A model generated the notes under the pieces. The model ran no database searches, had not been told where the DNA came from, and saw only the letters and a list, made by a program, of their open reading frames with translations. Of a stretch of DNA of 64,000 nt, positions 10,079 through 18,867 are shown one piece after another (positions within the stretch are counted from its first letter, which is position 1; the number at the start of each line of letters is the position of its first letter). Position numbers and translations under genes: made by a program. Location of the stretch: positions 672,001-736,000 of the forward strand of contig CAVTRN010000002.1 in assembly GCA_963737155.1 (NCBI GenBank), in the 5' to 3' direction. This DNA is from Nitrospirota bacterium (GTDB taxonomy: Bacteria; Nitrospirota; UBA9217).

Positions 10079-10564
10079 TTAGTCATTTTGTCGCAATAGA
10101 AAGCGGAGCAGCACCGGCACCCACTGAAATATCGAGGCCAGTTTGACGCCACCAAAGCTTGTTAAACCGGTTACGGTGGTACGAATCCGCTTGATATCGT
10201 CCTGCAGATCTGCGACCTCGGTCTTAATACGCTTCGCATCCGCGGCAAGACTTTCGATTGCGGCCTCGCGTAGGGCCCCAGCGTCATCAACTTCAGGACC
10301 GAGGTGCAGATGACCTGCAACACCGACCGCCACCACGGCCAGCACAATATCGACGATGGCGACCATGAGAGCGGCAACGGCATTATCAAGACGCGGCGCG
10401 AGGTACAGATAGAGGGCGATATTCAGCATGACCGTAGCCAGAAAAACTAGAAGAACGGCTGCGATGTAAAACGCTCCTTGCCGGACGGTGTGACGCAATT
10501 GGAGGCGAAACAGGATTAACTCCGCCTTCAGTAATAGGTGCAACTTTACCAGGATCTCATCCAT
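10079..10564 (-). CDS. YqjE/holin-X-like membrane protein
   Basis: Two TM helices followed by a coiled coil; paired with an ElaB/YqjD-like gene. Confidence 0.55.
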   Translation of the reverse strand: MDEILVKLHLLLKAELILFRLQLRHTVRQGAFYIAAVLLVFLATVMLNIALYLYLAPRLDNAVAALMVAIVDIVLAVVAVGVAGHLHLGPEVDDAGALREAAIESLAADAKRIKTEVADLQDDIKRIRTTVTGLTSFGGVKLASIFQWVPVLLRFLLRQND

Positions 10565-10568
10565 ATTT

Positions 10569-10859
10569 CTACCCCTTGCGACTGAGCAGTCGACCCATGA
10601 GGACCCCGAGCGCAAAGATCACGAGTGCTGTCTTGGCGGGTACGTCCTTGAACTGAAAGTCCAAACCTCCCATCAGTTCCTCAGCCTGTTTTATCAAGTC
10701 CCGCAGCCAGGTTCCCGCCTCTCCTTGGGTTTCTTCCTGAGGTCCCTGCCCCGGCTCCTCTGAGGCGCCCTGCGTGTCTGCATGGCCTTTGGCTGCCTCA
10801 AGCGCCTGCAGCTGTTTTTTCAACTCCTTTATCTCCTGCATGATGTCAAGATCTGACAT
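10569..10859 (-). CDS. ElaB/YqjD (DUF883)-like C-tail anchored protein
   Basis: N-terminal coiled coil; C-terminal P...ALVIFALGVLMGRLLSR anchor; GGAAGGAG RBS. Confidence 0.6.
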   Translation of the reverse strand: MSDLDIMQEIKELKKQLQALEAAKGHADTQGASEEPGQGPQEETQGEAGTWLRDLIKQAEELMGGLDFQFKDVPAKTALVIFALGVLMGRLLSRKG

Positions 10860-11232
10860 GGCTCATGTTCTCCTTCCTGATTTCCATAAGATCCTCTTGC
10901 AAGATTATCATAGATAGTGACATCGTGGCAAGGGAATCTCCTTTTTTAATCATTTTTTGCATTACCGTGCGTTGTTGGCTTCGGCATCCAAATCCGGCTT
11001 ATCCCAGCTATAATTAAGAATATCAAAGTAAGTACCCATGTACATTTCTCATGTCACCTTAATATCAAAACTATAAACGTTATATTACCCATCTGTTTGG
11101 CGCGAAAGCCTCCTAATGTATAGTGCAAGGCGAACGAAAAGAATTTAAGAACGCATAAAGATCCGAGTTACTGGCAGAATTGACCATCCCGAATCATTCT
11201 GATATCCAGACCGTCATGCGAGGGGGGGGAAT

Positions 11233-12765
11233 ATGGATTTCCTTAAGAGCTTAGGCATTGAGAACCGGAATTCAGGGGCGTCTACCGGCAAATGGTGGGA
11301 CAGGGAAAACAACGGCGTTATACTGGATATCGTTACTCCGGTAGACGGCAAGACCGTCGCGGCTATAAATCAGGTTTCCACGCAGGCATATGAAAAGGTA
11401 GTACGGACTGCCCAGTCTGCATTTGCCGTATGGCGCGCAGTCCCGGCACCGAAGCGGGGCGAGATTGTCCGGCAGATCGGGCTCAAGCTCCGGGCCGTCA
11501 AAGAACCGTTGGGCATGCTGGTCTCCTATGAGATGGGCAAGTCCCTTCAAGAGGGGCTGGGCGAGGTGCAGGAGATGATCGATATTTGTGACTTCGCGGT
11601 AGGGCAGTCGCGGATGCTATACGGTTTCACTATGCATTCTGAGAGGGGGCTGCACCGGATGTACGAGCAGTATCATCCGCTGGGGCCTGTCGGCATAGTG
11701 ACATCTTTCAATTTTCCCGTGGCGGTGTGGTCCTGGAATGCCATGATCGCTGCGGTGTGCGGTGACGTGACAATCTGGAAACCCTCGTCCAAGGTCCCAC
11801 TTTCGGCCATTGCTGTGCAGAAAGTCCTTACCGAAGTGATGATAGAGAATAACCTGCCTGACGGGATTTTCTCCCTCGTAATCGGCCAGGGCTCCACCAT
11901 CGGCGAGGCGCTGCTTGGTGATCGACGAGTTCCGCTCATCTCCTTCACTGGCTCGGTGCCTGTGGGCCGCCATGCAGCCGAGGTTGTGGCAAAACGACTG
12001 GGGAGGACCATCCTGGAACTTTCCGGCAACAACGCAGTCATCCTGACTGAGTTCACGGACCTTCCGCTTGCCCTTCGTGCTGTCGTGTTCGGTGCTGTCG
12101 GGACGGCAGGCCAGCGCTGCACAACCATACGCAGATTGATCGTTCATAATGCGGTCTATGACAGGGTTCGGGAGGCACTGATAAAAGCCTATGAAGGGCT
12201 TCGCATCGGGAATCCGCTGGATGAAAAGAATAATGTCGGACCGTTGATCGACAGGGACGCTGTCGCTGCTTTTACCGAGGCCCTAGCAAAGTGCCGTGAG
12301 CAGGGGTGCCGCCTGGTTTACGGCGGAAAGGTGCTTAGGGGGAGTGGATTTGAGTCGGGCTGCTATGTGGTCCCCGCAATCGTTGAGGCGGAGAACCATT
12401 TTCCCATCGTTCAGGAGGAGACCTTCGGTCCGCTGCTCTATCTCATACGATACAGCGGCGACGTGTCCGAGGCAATTGCCCTGCAAAACGACGTGAAGCT
12501 TGGCCTCTCATCTGCCATTTTCACCACCGACCTGAGGCAGGCAGAGGCGTTTCTCTCATTCGCGGGCTCCGACTGCGGCATTGCGAATGTCAACGTCGGC
12601 ACCTCGGGTGCCGAGATCGGTGGTGCCTTCGGGGGCGAGAAGGAAACGGGCGGTGGCCGGGAATCTGGCTCCGATGCTTGGAAGGCCTACATGCGCCGCC
12701 AGGCGGTTACCGTCAATTACGGCACCGAGCTGCCCCTGGCCCAGGGGATAAAATTCGATACATAA
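11233..12765 (+). CDS. pcd: Aldehyde dehydrogenase family 7 (alpha-aminoadipate semialdehyde/P6C dehydrogenase)
   Basis: PAPKRGEIVRQ, GEVQEMIDICDFAVGQSR, FNFPVAVWSWN, GTAGQRCT and GAEIGGAFGGEKETGGGRESGSDAWK. Confidence 0.92.
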   Translation: MDFLKSLGIENRNSGASTGKWWDRENNGVILDIVTPVDGKTVAAINQVSTQAYEKVVRTAQSAFAVWRAVPAPKRGEIVRQIGLKLRAVKEPLGMLVSYEMGKSLQEGLGEVQEMIDICDFAVGQSRMLYGFTMHSERGLHRMYEQYHPLGPVGIVTSFNFPVAVWSWNAMIAAVCGDVTIWKPSSKVPLSAIAVQKVLTEVMIENNLPDGIFSLVIGQGSTIGEALLGDRRVPLISFTGSVPVGRHAAEVVAKRLGRTILELSGNNAVILTEFTDLPLALRAVVFGAVGTAGQRCTTIRRLIVHNAVYDRVREALIKAYEGLRIGNPLDEKNNVGPLIDRDAVAAFTEALAKCREQGCRLVYGGKVLRGSGFESGCYVVPAIVEAENHFPIVQEETFGPLLYLIRYSGDVSEAIALQNDVKLGLSSAIFTTDLRQAEAFLSFAGSDCGIANVNVGTSGAEIGGAFGGEKETGGGRESGSDAWKAYMRRQAVTVNYGTELPLAQGIKFDT

Positions 12766-12891
12766 GGCATGAATCAATACAAGATTTTAAATCTTGGTGA
12801 AATTTAACGACAATGTTTATAATACAGGAACATGGTGCGTATTTGAAATTGTGCTCGGGAATTGATGTCTGTTCTGAATCTGGAGGTGGCG

Positions 12892-14253
12892 GTGATTGAA
12901 CCCAAAAACGTGAAAGCAACCCTGTCCAGGCATCTTTTGGCGGAGGGATTCGACATGATCTTTGATGAGAAAAAATCGAGCGGAAGCTGGCTCGTGGACA
13001 AGCGCAACGGTGACCGCTACCTCGACTTCTTCTCCATGTACGCATCCATGGCGGTGGGCTACAACCATCCACGTCTGGTCGAGGCACGGAACCAGCTGGG
13101 GCTCCTGGCAATCAACAAACCGTCTAATTCTGACGTGTACTCGACCGCCTTTGCGGAATTAGTCGAGGTCTTTTCCCGAATAGGCATCCCCGCCCATCTT
13201 CCCCACGTATTCTTCATAGATGGGGGCACGTTGGCCGTGGAAAACGCCCTTAAGGCCGCCTTTGATTGGAAAGTCCGAAAAAATCTCAGTCGAGCAGAAG
13301 GACGCGAGGTTGGGACCAAGGTCATCCACTTCCAGCAGGCCTTTCACGGCCGGAGTGGTTACTGCCTCTCTCTCACGAACACTTTCGATCCCCGAAAGAC
13401 CAAGTTTTTCCCAAAATTCCCCTGGCCGCGCATTATCAATCCGAAAATCACTTTTCCGCTCACTGCGGGAAATTTGGCGGCAGTCCGTAAATGCGAGGGT
13501 GAGGCCCTTGATGAAATCCGCCGCGCCATCGACCAGGAGGGCGGGGACATAGCGGCCCTGATTATCGAGCCGATCCAGGGCGAAGGCGGGGACAACCATT
13601 TCAGGCCGGAGTTCTTCCGGGCCCTTCGCATGATCTGCGACGAGCGAGAGATCATATTCATCCTGGATGAGGTCCAGACCGGCGTGGGCCTTACCGGGAG
13701 ATTCTGGGCTTACGAGCACTTCGATGCAAAGCCGGACATCCTTGTGTTCGGCAAGAAGGCACAGGTATGCGGGATACTCGCCTCCCGTCGCGTTGAGGAG
13801 GTGGGCTGCCACGTGTTCAGTGAGCGTAGCCGCATCAGCTCGACCTTCGGCGGCAACCTCGTGGACATGGCCCGATTTACTCATATCCTTCGCATCATCG
13901 CGGAGGAACGGCTGGTTGAAAACGCACGCGTCCAGGGGGACCTCCTGCTCCGTGAACTGCAGACGCTGGCTGCGGAGTTCCCCGACATCATTTCCAATCC
14001 TCGAGGCCGGGGACTGATGTGCGCCATGGATGCGCCGGACAGCGGGACGCGGGACAGACTCCTCATTGCCTTCCTGCAGGAAAAACTGCTGATCGTGGGA
14101 AGCGGCGAGCGAAGCATCCGTTTTCGCCCCCATCTCGTTGTTACAGAAGACGAGATTTTGCAGGGAATCGGGATTATTCGTGGTGTTTTGAAAAATGGCA
14201 ACTTTGCCAGGATTGAGCTTACTGCGGACGCCTGCCCCGGGGGCGGGACATGA
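12892..14253 (+). CDS. lat: L-lysine 6-aminotransferase
   Basis: GGAGG RBS then GTG 12892; KPSNSDVYS, ALKAAFDWK, FHGRSGY, EPIQGEGGDNHF, DEVQTG, FGKK (PLP Lys) and SSTFGGNL. Confidence 0.92.
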   Translation: MIEPKNVKATLSRHLLAEGFDMIFDEKKSSGSWLVDKRNGDRYLDFFSMYASMAVGYNHPRLVEARNQLGLLAINKPSNSDVYSTAFAELVEVFSRIGIPAHLPHVFFIDGGTLAVENALKAAFDWKVRKNLSRAEGREVGTKVIHFQQAFHGRSGYCLSLTNTFDPRKTKFFPKFPWPRIINPKITFPLTAGNLAAVRKCEGEALDEIRRAIDQEGGDIAALIIEPIQGEGGDNHFRPEFFRALRMICDEREIIFILDEVQTGVGLTGRFWAYEHFDAKPDILVFGKKAQVCGILASRRVEEVGCHVFSERSRISSTFGGNLVDMARFTHILRIIAEERLVENARVQGDLLLRELQTLAAEFPDIISNPRGRGLMCAMDAPDSGTRDRLLIAFLQEKLLIVGSGERSIRFRPHLVVTEDEILQGIGIIRGVLKNGNFARIELTADACPGGGT

Positions 14254-15815
14254 TACGCGCCATGGAAAAACTTCAGGAACTCGTGCAGGGACATGTGCTA
14301 ACCGGCCAGGATGCCGTGCGGAAATATTCCCGGGACCAGAGCATCTATGAGATCAGGCCAATGGCAGTGGTTCTTCCCGAACACATTGAGGATGTGAAAA
14401 AGATCGTTGAATTTGCACGAGGGGAAGGCCTGCCTGTCACTGCCCGCGGCGGAGGATCGGGCCTTGCCGGAAGCGCACTGGGCCACGGGCTCGTCATGGC
14501 CCTGCCACAAAATGAATTCTGGGACAGTATTAGCGGCTTTTCAGAGACTCACGGCGCGGCGCGGGTCTCAGCCGGGGCAGGGGTAAATCACAGTGATCTC
14601 CAGATGTTTCTCAAGGAAAGAGGTTATTTTCTTCCGGCCGATGTCACAAGCGCCAAAATCAGCCGTGTAGGCGGCAACATTGCCACCAAAGCGAGCGGTC
14701 CCCACGCGCTCAAGTACGGATCCATAGATCGCTTTGTGGAGTCCTTAGAATTCATCACCGCGGAGGGAGAGCTGGTGGACACCGCCGATGAATTGACGAT
14801 ACCAGGACGGATCGCAATGAGGCTTGCGGACCTTGAGAGAAGGATCCGGGGGGACGCGGTGGCGTGGAAATTTCTTGAATCGCGGAAGGGGTTGAAAACA
14901 GCTAGTGGCTACAACCTCTTCGCCTTTGTGAAAGAACTCTCTGCAGGAGAACGGATTGCGCAGCTTCTGGTCGGCAGCGTCGGGACGTTGGGGTTGATCA
15001 CGAGAGCAAGTCTTCGGGCCGAAGTCCATGAGCCTGAGCGGGCTGCCATCCTTCTCTATTTTGACGACCTGGAACAGGCCGGAAGGGCCGTCTGGTTCTT
15101 GCGGGAGTTGGATATCGCCGCCATAGAACTGATCAGCCGGGAGACCCTCCGCATTATCCGCGAGCGCACGCTATTACCCCACGTCCTGTCCATTGACGCC
15201 AATGTGCTGCTGATGGAGCTGGCAGGCACCGACCTACGGAGCCGGATTGAACAGATCACCATGCACATTGGGCGAAGCGATCTTAAAATGAGTATGCCGC
15301 CTGCTGCCATAGCCGAGAGCGAGATCGAAAATCTCTGGGATGTACGAAAACGGATTTTGTGGCTGATCGAACACCCAAAACGAGGCCTCCGTGCACTCGC
15401 CGTAGTCAATGACGTGGCTGTCCCCCTCCCGCGTTTGGCGGAGTTCATCGGCGACGCGCAGAAGGTATTCGCCGCGCACAGGATGACGGCGCTCATATAC
15501 GGTCACGCCGGAAACGGGAACCTCCATCTGAGGCCGCTCTTTGATACGACCCTGCCGGATCTCGCGGGACGCGTCCGGCGGCTTGCGGATGATGTCTACG
15601 AAGTGGTGTTCCGTTATAATGGCACCGTGACTGCCGAGCATGGCATGGGAAGGTTGCGGGCGCCCTATCTGAAAAGGGAGTGGGGCGATGTGCTCTATAC
15701 TTATATGCGGGAAGTCAAGACCATCTTCGATCCGCAAGATATATTCAATCCGGGGGCTATGTTCAACGACGAGCCTATTACCGACAACATGAGGCTGGAT
15801 CTGTTGGAACCTTGA
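14250..15815 (+). CDS. FAD-binding oxidoreductase, GlcD/D-2-hydroxyacid dehydrogenase family
   Basis: ARGGGSGLAG, GSVGTLG, GHAGNGNLH, AEHGMGR and FDP..IFNPG; no C-terminal Fe-S domain. Confidence 0.88.
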   Translation: MIRAMEKLQELVQGHVLTGQDAVRKYSRDQSIYEIRPMAVVLPEHIEDVKKIVEFARGEGLPVTARGGGSGLAGSALGHGLVMALPQNEFWDSISGFSETHGAARVSAGAGVNHSDLQMFLKERGYFLPADVTSAKISRVGGNIATKASGPHALKYGSIDRFVESLEFITAEGELVDTADELTIPGRIAMRLADLERRIRGDAVAWKFLESRKGLKTASGYNLFAFVKELSAGERIAQLLVGSVGTLGLITRASLRAEVHEPERAAILLYFDDLEQAGRAVWFLRELDIAAIELISRETLRIIRERTLLPHVLSIDANVLLMELAGTDLRSRIEQITMHIGRSDLKMSMPPAAIAESEIENLWDVRKRILWLIEHPKRGLRALAVVNDVAVPLPRLAEFIGDAQKVFAAHRMTALIYGHAGNGNLHLRPLFDTTLPDLAGRVRRLADDVYEVVFRYNGTVTAEHGMGRLRAPYLKREWGDVLYTYMREVKTIFDPQDIFNPGAMFNDEPITDNMRLDLLEP

Positions 15816-15916
15816 GCGGGAACTCGCGCACAGCCACGGTCCCCGCGGTGCATAAAAACAGTAAGCTGGACATACAGGTGAACATGACTTCATGTTTTTC
15901 AGGCCGTGAATCCTGA

Positions 15917-15945
15917 ACTTCGTTACTTACGGTAAGCGACGAAGT
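15917..15945. other. Intergenic stem-loop
   Basis: Imperfect inverted repeat ACTTCGTTACTTAC-G-GTAAGCGACGAAGT between the FAD oxidoreductase and the next gene. Confidence 0.4.
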
Positions 15946-15983
15946 CGCTAGTCATTAAAACATCCTGACATAGAGAGGAAACT

Positions 15984-17354
15984 ATGAAACTCGAAAAAGG
16001 ATTCTATTGGGAACGGCAAGCCGAAGCAGAAAAGGCGTGTGTTGACCTTCTCGACGACTATAAGCGGAAGAACTCCGTTCTTGGGCGTTTTGAGCAGAAA
16101 CTCATCCTCCGAACCAGCTCTCGACTGCTTGATTGGGTGGACCACATTCTTGTCCAGGACACAAAACGAATGAGGGAAAAACTTAACGACGTTGGATTCG
16201 TGAAACACACGGGCACAAGGTATGAGGCAATGTACCATCCCGGCGCGCTCTTGCCAAGGATAGTTCTCGCTGGACAGAACTCCGGTATGGACCAGGGTGT
16301 GGCCTTGCGAGTGGAAAGCATCAGCGATTTTCTGCAAGCAAACGGGTTCCGCGCCGGGATCGAGGGCGGACCTTTCGGCCCCTATCGGCGGGCCGTAGTA
16401 GGCATGGAGGGGGGGGTCGGCATGATGGTTGTGGAACGCAGAGGGACCATGGATTATGACCCTGCTTCCCTATCCGATGGCCATCTCCGGAACTATCTGG
16501 AAGGAGTGGAGGCGTGGCAAAACAGGCCGCGGCACGGCGAGACCGAAGACGACACCTTCAGGGGAATCTTTCGGATCGCGGATCGCCTTGTTTATCAAGT
16601 GGGAGCGGACATGGCTGCCTCCATCGTCTGCCAATGCGAGCGGGTTTACTGGCTATCCCGAAACTTCGCGGCCCGAATGCAGCGAGCACGCCACGACACG
16701 CTCGGATTGGGATGGGCTAATCACGACCATCACACGTTTCGCAGTTCGCGACGAAATTTTTTCAGGCTTGTGGACCTCTTCACCAGACTGGGGTTCCAAA
16801 ACCGGGAGCGGTTTTATGCCGGCGCGGAAGCGGGCTGGGGTGCCCAGATTATGGAAAACGTAGCGGCCGGGCTCGTTCTTTTTCTCGATGTAGATCTGGT
16901 GCCCAACGAAGTGGCTACGGAGTTTTCCAAGGAGGAACTCAAGGATTTAGACCAACTCAGCACGGTGGGATTGTGGTGCGCTCTCCATGGCGACTCCATC
17001 CTCCACGCCGGGATGCACCATTTTGCCGCCCGGTTCGATTTTGACCGCCTGATCGCGGACCTTGCCCGCTTGGGCGTCGGATACATGGCACCGTTCAGCA
17101 ACTTCCCTTATTTCAAACAGGCATTCAGCGTTGCCGAGCGATGGGAGGTAGATTCGGCGAGAGTGGAGAAGCTAACCAGGGAAAAATCCATCACCAATGA
17201 ACAGGGCGAGCTGTTCCTCAATCAGGGAGCAGTTGGCAGCCACCTCGAGAACATCGAACGGAGGGAAGGATATAAAGGATTCAACAGAAAGAATGTGAGC
17301 GCCATTATCCGGCAGACAGACCCGAGAAGGAACATGGCAACGGACGGCAATTGA
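15984..17354 (+). CDS. Hypothetical metalloenzyme, putative VOC/HPPD-fold (DUF1338/HglS-like)
   Basis: GAGGA RBS; NHDHHTFRS, GMHH and HLENIER motifs suggest a His/His/Glu metal triad; last gene of the lysine catabolic cluster. Confidence 0.55.
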   Translation: MKLEKGFYWERQAEAEKACVDLLDDYKRKNSVLGRFEQKLILRTSSRLLDWVDHILVQDTKRMREKLNDVGFVKHTGTRYEAMYHPGALLPRIVLAGQNSGMDQGVALRVESISDFLQANGFRAGIEGGPFGPYRRAVVGMEGGVGMMVVERRGTMDYDPASLSDGHLRNYLEGVEAWQNRPRHGETEDDTFRGIFRIADRLVYQVGADMAASIVCQCERVYWLSRNFAARMQRARHDTLGLGWANHDHHTFRSSRRNFFRLVDLFTRLGFQNRERFYAGAEAGWGAQIMENVAAGLVLFLDVDLVPNEVATEFSKEELKDLDQLSTVGLWCALHGDSILHAGMHHFAARFDFDRLIADLARLGVGYMAPFSNFPYFKQAFSVAERWEVDSARVEKLTREKSITNEQGELFLNQGAVGSHLENIERREGYKGFNRKNVSAIIRQTDPRRNMATDGN

Positions 17355-17355
17355 T

Positions 17356-17386
17356 ATCCTCCCCAGCCTGAAGGCCTGGGATTCCC
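17356..17386. repeat. Hairpin resembling an IS200/IS605-family terminal palindrome (orphan) or terminator
   Basis: ATCCTCCCCAGCCTGAAGGCCTGGGATTCCC; no tnpA or tnpB nearby. Confidence 0.35.
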
Positions 17387-17613
17387 AAATCAGGCTCTGC
17401 CAATGCTCCGAGCCACTATGTTCGCAGATGCGGCAGTGATGTTTGCCACGTCAAAATCAAAATGCTGTCCAAAACAAGCTTTATCTTGGACGGGTATGGA
17501 ATGTGATCCAAAATGTGGCTTTTTTGTATGAAGCCATAATGAAAGGGAAATCGTTGAGATTACGCGGAAGTTCCTGGAGTGCCCCAAATGCTAGCGCCGT
17601 GAGGCTGCATGAG

Positions 17614-18501
17614 TTATTTGAGACGGGATTTATCCTCTCCCATCCCGAGTGCTTTCAGTATCTCGCTCACCGAATCTGACCGGTTCATGGTGTAAAAGTG
17701 GAAGTAGTTCACGCCGTGTTTTTTCAAATCAACGCACTGTTTGACCGCGAATTCCACACCCAGCTTCCGGATTTCCTGGGGCATGTCCATCACCGGCTCC
17801 ATCCTGTCCAGGATGTCCTGCGGCACGGATGTGTTGCAGAAACCAGCAAACTCCTTAATTTTTCTGCAGTCGATGATCGGCATAATGCCCGGCAGAATAG
17901 GGATCGTGATGCCGATCCTCTCTGCCCGCTCCATGAACTCGTAATAGTAACGGTTGTCGAAGAACATCTGGGTTATGCCGAAATCAGCGCCCGCGTCGAT
18001 TTTTTGCTTCGTATACTCCATGTCCTTCTCAATGCTCGGCGATTGGCCATGACCTTCGGGGTATACGGCAACGGCAATGGAAAAATGGCCGTCTTTTTTG
18101 ACGAACTCAACTAAATCCCGGGCATAGTTGAACTCTCCCCGCGCTGGGTCGAAATCAGGTGCGTTCTTCGGCCTGTCTCCGCGAAGTGCAAGGATGTTTT
18201 CGATGCCGTGGTCATGGTAATCCCTCAGGAGAGCATCCATAGACGCCCTGGTCGCGCCAATACACGTGAGGTGGGACATTACAGAGAGATCCGTTTCCTG
18301 TTTTAGCCACTGGAGCGTGCTGCTGGTCCTATCCTGGGTCGTACCGCCTGCGCCGTAAGTCACAGAAACATAGAATGGATCATAGACGCTCAAATCCCTC
18401 ACAACCTTCATGAACGCGTCTTTCCCTTCTGTCGACTTCGGCGGGAAAAATTCTAGAGAAATCCCCTGTTTTAGCTCTTCAAATTTGTCGCGTATTCTCA
18501 T
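17614..18501 (-). CDS. metF: Methylenetetrahydrofolate reductase
   Basis: SLEFFPPK, SVTYGAGG, HLTC, LALRGD, YPEGH, ITQMFFD and HFYTMN. Confidence 0.95.
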   Translation of the reverse strand: MRIRDKFEELKQGISLEFFPPKSTEGKDAFMKVVRDLSVYDPFYVSVTYGAGGTTQDRTSSTLQWLKQETDLSVMSHLTCIGATRASMDALLRDYHDHGIENILALRGDRPKNAPDFDPARGEFNYARDLVEFVKKDGHFSIAVAVYPEGHGQSPSIEKDMEYTKQKIDAGADFGITQMFFDNRYYYEFMERAERIGITIPILPGIMPIIDCRKIKEFAGFCNTSVPQDILDRMEPVMDMPQEIRKLGVEFAVKQCVDLKKHGVNYFHFYTMNRSDSVSEILKALGMGEDKSRLK

Positions 18502-18867
18502 ATTTTAATAATAATCTAAAAAAGACCCAATTTGGGGTTGTTTTTCTGAGCTGCAGAAAGTGGTAAAATTCATTATGTATCGGAATTGCAAGAATTCGTA
18601 ATTATTATAATTATCGAGAAACGGAGGTGAGCAACATACTGCTCATCAATGGATTGAATACAGAAGAACTTACGGGGCCGGCTCATGGATCGGCACAAAA
18701 GCAATCTTGACAGAAGAAATGCACCGTGTTATGAATTCGTCAGAGAGCAATTGTTCCATGGTGCATGCAAAAGAAATCCAGCCAACCGCTCTCCTTGTTT
18801 TTTATTGTGCTTATACGAAGGGAAGAGCAGCGTTCTTGAACGCTGAATCGTTTGAGGGAGCTTCAAG

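Noticed and set aside
10079-10859. Holin-like gene as evidence of a prophage
   Set aside because: It is paired with an ElaB/YqjD-like gene as in ordinary yqjDE-type membrane operons; no endolysin, integrase or structural phage genes are nearby.
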